NCBI GenBank assembly: GCA_022641095.1
Contig: JALCDB010000004.1
Coordinates: 28,773-92,772 of the forward strand
DNA: 64,000 nt
DNA from: Bacilli bacterium
Lineage (GTDB): Bacteria; Bacillota_I; Bacilli_A; RFN20; CAG-826
Reading direction: 5' to 3'
How positions within the stretch are numbered: the first letter of the stretch is position 1; each line of letters starts with the position of its first letter. Both the position numbers and the translations under genes were made by a program. Shown piece by piece: positions 59,523 through 64,000 of the stretch. Under the pieces are notes generated by a model. The model made no database searches and was not told where the DNA came from. It saw nothing but the letters and a program-made list of their open reading frames with translations.

Positions 59523-60613
59523 ATCTTCCCTTCTGTGGCATCAAGCCCAAATTCTTTTATGGCCTTCTCGCTTGCGTGGTTAGGCAAAATGTCGATTAGT
59601 TTACCGTTCGGATCCAAATGGTCCAAAAGGAACATTTCGAGAGCTTTTTCGCCTGAATTGGGCAGCCAATTGACGTCATTGGGGTATTCGTCGAGAAAAT
59701 AGGGGCTCGGGGTGCTGACGATGGGTCGGCCTGAAACGAGATATTCGAACATTTTGGATGGGATCGACTCCAAATCAAGCTTTCGCTCATTGCGGCGAGG
59801 GTTAATGAGAAGGGCCGCGCCCTTTTCGTAAGCGGCATTCTCTTCGGCGCTTAATTGCCCAAGGAATCTGATCCGTTCATTCGCTTTCGCGGCTTCAAGG
59901 ATGGCCTCCTTCATTGGTCCGTGGCCGGCGAGCAAGAGATCGTAATCCAATTTTGACTTAATGTAGGCATGGAGCAGGTCCCCTATTCCATAACGTTCAT
60001 AAAGAGCCCCGCCGAAATAGATGTAAGGACGGTTGGGTTTGATTGGTTCGCTTTCGCTTTTGACGGCAATGCCAAAAATTTGGGCATAGGGTTTCTTTAT
60101 AAGGCCATAGGCAATGACGAGCGATTTGAGGAGCGCGATGGAGCCATCGGCTCTCTTTGTATGCCGAAAAACCAATTTAGCGTATATTTGCCGAGATTTT
60201 GATATGTTTTCTGGATTGTCGGTAAGAATTGCCAAACGTTTTGCCCCCCGTGCCTTGGCAAGATTTTCCGAGCCTTTGGCCAAGGCGATGTTGAGTGGGT
60301 CGAAAACGATGATCGGTGTGCTTCCCGTGAATAATTCCATGCCTATTTTCCTGATTTGCCGCGGCTTGGCGAAGAAAGCGGAGACAAGGCCGTGCGAGTA
60401 AGGCAAATAATGGAATTTGCCCTCGTCTTTTAATGCATATGAAGACCGTACCGGCGGAAGCGAAATGACTTCAACCTCATTGTGAAGCGATAAAACCTCA
60501 ATGAGACGAAGGTGAAAATTCTGATTTGAGGGATTGGGAAGAAACGGCGCGTTTTTGGCGAAAGACTCATATGCCTTTCCTTCGACGGCGGTAGTCAAAT
60601 AAATGATTTTCAT
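59483..60613 (-). CDS. glycosyltransferase (GT-B fold)
   Basis: 376 aa. The C-terminal E-x7-E-like region is SKMFEYLVSGRPIV. Confidence 0.7.
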   Translation of the reverse strand: MKIIYLTTAVEGKAYESFAKNAPFLPNPSNQNFHLRLIEVLSLHNEVEVISLPPVRSSYALKDEGKFHYLPYSHGLVSAFFAKPRQIRKIGMELFTGSTPIIVFDPLNIALAKGSENLAKARGAKRLAILTDNPENISKSRQIYAKLVFRHTKRADGSIALLKSLVIAYGLIKKPYAQIFGIAVKSESEPIKPNRPYIYFGGALYERYGIGDLLHAYIKSKLDYDLLLAGHGPMKEAILEAAKANERIRFLGQLSAEENAAYEKGAALLINPRRNERKLDLESIPSKMFEYLVSGRPIVSTPSPYFLDEYPNDVNWLPNSGEKALEMFLLDHLDPNGKLIDILPNHASEKAIKEFGLDATEGKIQRLIAALNSSIN

Positions 60614-61707
60614 TTGCCCAAAAGCTCCTTAAAAATCTCTAAGTGTCGTTCCGCCATGGCTTCAATGGTGTTCTTTTTGGCGGTCGCGATGGCGCCGTTT
60701 CTAAGTTCTTCGGTCGATGGGCTCATTAGGCGCTTCACGATCGCTTTCGGTTCGTTTAGGTTCACTAGGTAGCCGTTCTTGCCGTTCTCAATAAGATTAA
60801 GGGCGCTGTTGGCGTTCTGGTTGGATATGACCGGCGTTCCTTGGGAAAGCGATTCGTTGACGACGTGGCCATAGATGTCTTCCTTTGTAAGGAAAAGGGA
60901 AAAATCGGCTAAACGGAAAAGCCCTAGAATTTTCGTATGCGGCTCATAGTCCATTATCGTCACGTTCGTTAAGCCGTTTTCGGTGACGTACTTGGCATAG
61001 TTGTCCTTTTCCGGCCCGTTTCCAATTAAGAGCAAGCGGCTGGTTTTGGGCATTTCCTTCCAGATTGAGAGCAACGCGAAATTGTTTTTGCGGCGAATGA
61101 ACTGCCCAACGGATACATAAAACCGCTTTCCATCGATATGAAGACCGTCACGGAGTCTTTTTTGGGTTGCTGGATCGGAAGGTTTGGAAAGAACCTCATA
61201 GGCATAGACGGTGCTATAAGGATAAAGTCTTATTTTGCTTTCTTCGGCCCCGTAGAATTTCAGATATTCCGCCGAACGGGGATCGGGAGCCAGGTAAAGG
61301 GAGGCATGGGATATGTATTTTCGTTTTAGTACTCTACGGGCCCAACTTTCTTTTTCACGGATGATTCCTCCGTTGATTGCGAAAATATAAGGAATCCGGT
61401 GGCGATGGAGGTAGCGGATGAGTTTCATTTCGGTAAAAGTGCTGTATCCGTTGACGACGATGAGGTCATAATGGTTGCCCTTGATCTCGTTTACCGCCTT
61501 GCCTGTGTAGTTGTTATGCGGCCCCAAGTGAATTGATTTCAGAATTTTGCACGAGAAATTCGTAACCTTTTCGCAATAGAACCCTGGGTTGCGATCGGCC
61601 TCGCTTGGCCGTTCGAAAAGAACGGTAAGTTCGCATTTTTTGCCTAACTCGTTGAAGAAATCGACCTTGTACGGGGCGGGATGGTTGAATATCCACAACG
61701 CTTTCAT
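60610..61707 (-). CDS. glycosyltransferase (GT4-like)
   Basis: 365 aa. The C-terminal motif EDIYGHVVNESLSQGTPVI is present. A 4-nt overlap links it to the downstream GT gene. Confidence 0.75.
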   Translation of the reverse strand: MKALWIFNHPAPYKVDFFNELGKKCELTVLFERPSEADRNPGFYCEKVTNFSCKILKSIHLGPHNNYTGKAVNEIKGNHYDLIVVNGYSTFTEMKLIRYLHRHRIPYIFAINGGIIREKESWARRVLKRKYISHASLYLAPDPRSAEYLKFYGAEESKIRLYPYSTVYAYEVLSKPSDPATQKRLRDGLHIDGKRFYVSVGQFIRRKNNFALLSIWKEMPKTSRLLLIGNGPEKDNYAKYVTENGLTNVTIMDYEPHTKILGLFRLADFSLFLTKEDIYGHVVNESLSQGTPVISNQNANSALNLIENGKNGYLVNLNEPKAIVKRLMSPSTEELRNGAIATAKKNTIEAMAERHLEIFKELLGK

Positions 61708-61760
61708 GGTGCAACTAGTATAACTTCCTCTCCTTTTCTTTTCGACATACGAAGTATAAT

Positions 61761-62432
61761 TTGCTTATGCTAAGCGATTGGAAAGATCTTTTTCTTTCGA
61801 TAAAGAGCAAGGAGTACGCGAAAACTCTGCACGCTTTCTTGGACGAGGAGTATCGAAACGAAACGATTTACCCACCGCGAGACATGGTTTATCAAGCGTT
61901 TAAACTGACTAAGCCAAAAGATCTCAAAGTCGTTATCATTGGTCAAGATCCGTATCATAATCCAGGTCAAGCCATGGGCATGTCTTTCTCCGTTCCGCGA
62001 GGCATTGAACCACCTCCTTCCCTCATTAACATCTATAAAGAGATTGAGGATGATTTGGGGGTTGAAATGGATTTTGGCAATGGCGATTTGACTCCTTGGG
62101 CCATGCAAGGCGTTCTTTTGCTCAACGCTTATCTAACCGTTAGGGCTGGTCTTCCTTTATCTCACAAACGGGTGGAATACGATCAGTTCATTAACGATGT
62201 GATGGTCTACCTAGACACACTTGATCAGCCTATCGTTTTCATGCTTTGGGGTGGTTTCGCGAAGAAATTCGAACCTCTCATAAAAAACCCGAAACATCTG
62301 ATTCTTAAAGCCGTTCACCCTTCGCCTTTGTCCGCTAACCACGGCGGATGGTTTGGGCGGCATCTCTTCAGTCAATGCAACCACTATCTCACCGACCAGG
62401 GAGTAAAATCGATTGACTGGCGAATAAAGTAG
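61761..62432 (+). CDS. ung: uracil-DNA glycosylase
   Basis: The motifs VIIGQDPYH, LLLN and HPSPLSA define family 1 UDG. Confidence 0.95.
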   Translation: MLMLSDWKDLFLSIKSKEYAKTLHAFLDEEYRNETIYPPRDMVYQAFKLTKPKDLKVVIIGQDPYHNPGQAMGMSFSVPRGIEPPPSLINIYKEIEDDLGVEMDFGNGDLTPWAMQGVLLLNAYLTVRAGLPLSHKRVEYDQFINDVMVYLDTLDQPIVFMLWGGFAKKFEPLIKNPKHLILKAVHPSPLSANHGGWFGRHLFSQCNHYLTDQGVKSIDWRIK

Positions 62433-62447
62433 GCTAAACTAGTTGAC

Positions 62448-62535
62448 GTTCGGAGCTCACCAAAGTGGGCTGAGAGGGACTGTGTGCCAGTCCGACGGGA
62501 CCTGATCCAGGCAATGCTGGCGGAGGTAAGGCATT
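62448..62535 (+). promoter_or_regulatory. TPP (THI-box) riboswitch aptamer
   Basis: The core sequence gggCUGAGAgg ... ACCUGAUCcaGgcAAUGCugGCGgAGG matches the conserved TPP riboswitch core. A thiamine transporter-like gene lies downstream. Confidence 0.85.
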
Positions 62536-62540
62536 TATTG

Positions 62541-62572
62541 TCCTCCGTGTTCAGGCATGGAGGATATTTTTT
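62541..62572 (+). terminator. riboswitch expression platform hairpin
   Basis: The stem tcctcc-gtgttcaggcat-ggagga is followed by tatttttt. The 3-prime arm is also the RBS for ATG 62573. Confidence 0.7.
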
Positions 62573-63718
62573 ATGGCAGAAGCGAAAACGGAATCCGTTC
62601 AGGCGAAAAGAATCGAGAGTTGGATCAAAGGGCATCTTTGGCTCATCGCCATTGTCGTTGGGGCTCTGGTTTTCATTGGATTGTGCGGTCCGCTCGTGAG
62701 CACCCACGGGGCCACATCTGCCCTTGTTGGCGAAGGCGATGATGCCTACTACGAATTCTCTGAGGCGTCCAGCCGCTATTCCGTTTGGGCCAATGGCGTT
62801 TTTGGCGTCGCTAACATGAGTTGGCCGTTCATTGCGCTTTATGCGCTGGCCTTTGTGGCCTTTGTCTTTGTCATTTTGGGGAAGAAGTGGAACGATTGCT
62901 ATGTCGCGGCGCTTCTTCTTTACGTTTGTCTTGGCATTATTTTCTTCACTGGCAACACGCTTTACGATTTCACGGCTTGCTCCTCGCTCATTGGCGTCAA
63001 AGCGGCCGCCGATAATTTGGCGTATTATTCGACTGCGGCCGGAACGAAACTCGCTTTCGGTTGCGTCATTTCCGGCGTCGTATCGTTCGTGGCAGCCTTC
63101 TTTTGCCTTGGAGCCGCGAACGCCAAGGATTCCTTTAACGTGTTGGATCTTACTGAAATAGGCCTTCTTTCAGCTATGGCCATCGGCTTGCAGTTCATCA
63201 AAATCGAAATTGGATCGACCGGCGGTTCTATAAACCTTGGGCTTATTCCGCTCTTCGTCATCGCTCTTCGCCATGGTCCGACCAAAGGTTTTATCGCCTC
63301 GGCTTTCGTTTTCGGCCTTGTGACGTGCCTCACCGATGGATATGGGCTTTTTACCTACCCGCTTGATTATTTGGTGGGATTTGGCGGTTGCGCCGCCTTG
63401 GGGTTCTTCCGGAGACTCGTATTCACAAAGAACGAAAAAGGCTATTCTGGCTGGGGTTTTCTTTGGATCAGCCTTGGCGTGATCATCGCTTCGCTCGTCC
63501 GCTTCGTCGGTTCCAGCATGAGCTCGATCGTCAATTACGGCTATTCGTTTCAAGGCGCCATCGTTTACAACTCCGTCTACATCCCGGTTACCGGCGCCGT
63601 TTCCCTTGCCGCGATGCTGCTCCTCTACATTCCGATGGCCCGTTTGCAAAAAATCTTCCCTCCTAAGGAAACTTCCTTCAACAAACCCGTAGAAGCTGCT
63701 CAGCGATCTGGCGAATAA
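62573..63718 (+). CDS. thiT: ThiT-like thiamine transporter S-component with an extra N-terminal membrane domain
   Basis: 381 aa. The C-terminal half (LTEIGLLSAMAIGLQFI...IPLFVIALRHGPTKGF...) resembles ThiT. The N-terminal roughly 190 aa add about 5 more TM helices. Confidence 0.65.
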   Translation: MAEAKTESVQAKRIESWIKGHLWLIAIVVGALVFIGLCGPLVSTHGATSALVGEGDDAYYEFSEASSRYSVWANGVFGVANMSWPFIALYALAFVAFVFVILGKKWNDCYVAALLLYVCLGIIFFTGNTLYDFTACSSLIGVKAAADNLAYYSTAAGTKLAFGCVISGVVSFVAAFFCLGAANAKDSFNVLDLTEIGLLSAMAIGLQFIKIEIGSTGGSINLGLIPLFVIALRHGPTKGFIASAFVFGLVTCLTDGYGLFTYPLDYLVGFGGCAALGFFRRLVFTKNEKGYSGWGFLWISLGVIIASLVRFVGSSMSSIVNYGYSFQGAIVYNSVYIPVTGAVSLAAMLLLYIPMARLQKIFPPKETSFNKPVEAAQRSGE

Positions 63719-63770
63719 GTTTTAACTTATGGGTTTGCATGCTATAGTTCAAGAGCACTGAGGTAAATCC

Positions 63771-64000
63771 ATGAGCGAAGAAAAGAAAGACATCATATCC
63801 GAAGGGAAAGCCATCGTCGAAAATAGCGATTTCGCCGACGAGGAAAAGCCCCTTCCGGTTCCGAAAGAGCCGAAGGTCGAGGAAAAGGAAACTCCTAAAG
63901 TTGATGAGAAGCCGACTAACGAATCGGAAGTGAACCTCCATAAGGAAGAGCCGGCTATCTTGGCGGGTGAGGAAGCCAAAGAGGAAAAGAATCCCAACGA
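63771..64000 (+). CDS. Glu/Lys-rich protein, 3-prime end beyond window
   Basis: My own translation reads MSEEKKDIISEGKAIVENSDFADEEKPLPVPKEPKVEEKE... and stays open to the window end. A gagg lies 8 nt upstream. This ORF is not in the ORF track. Confidence 0.45.
   Translation, partial: MSEEKKDIISEGKAIVENSDFADEEKPLPVPKEPKVEEKETPKVDEKPTNESEVNLHKEEPAILAGEEAKEEKNPN

Overview
The window looks like origin-proximal chromosome from a Bacillota/Mollicutes-type bacterium. It uses the standard genetic code: TGA is a stop and TGG encodes Trp. Most of the window is conserved housekeeping synteny: pth-mfd-S4 protein-tilS-ftsH-dus, a MarR regulator with a heterodimeric ABC exporter, lysS, rpsF-ssb-rpsR, gdpP-rplI-dnaB, an MBL hydrolase, rlmH, ugd, eno and ung. 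It also holds a surface-glycan locus and a TPP riboswitch upstream of a double-length ThiT-like gene. Several proteins carry lipoprotein signal peptides and none shows an LPXTG motif.

The main finding is a roughly 13-kb integrative element at 33225-46272, inserted in the 3-prime end of ssrA (tmRNA). A 20-bp direct repeat bounds it, and a tyrosine integrase sits next to the tmRNA. Fourteen tightly coupled leftward genes follow. They include a Rep_trans-type rolling-circle initiator, a polytopic P-loop NTPase, four consecutive exported proteins and several orphan proteins. An AT-rich XRE module faces the other way. No capsid, tail, terminase or type IV secretion genes are recognisable. It could be an inovirus/plectrovirus-like prophage or a minimal conjugative or mobilisable element, and the sequence alone does not settle which.

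A secondary candidate is the operon at 16.6-23.6 kb. It encodes a roughly 530-aa polytopic domain fused to an ABC ATPase, a 576-aa membrane partner, an Ig-like anchored protein and a 767-aa lipoprotein.

All functional calls rest on motifs read by eye. No database search was run.
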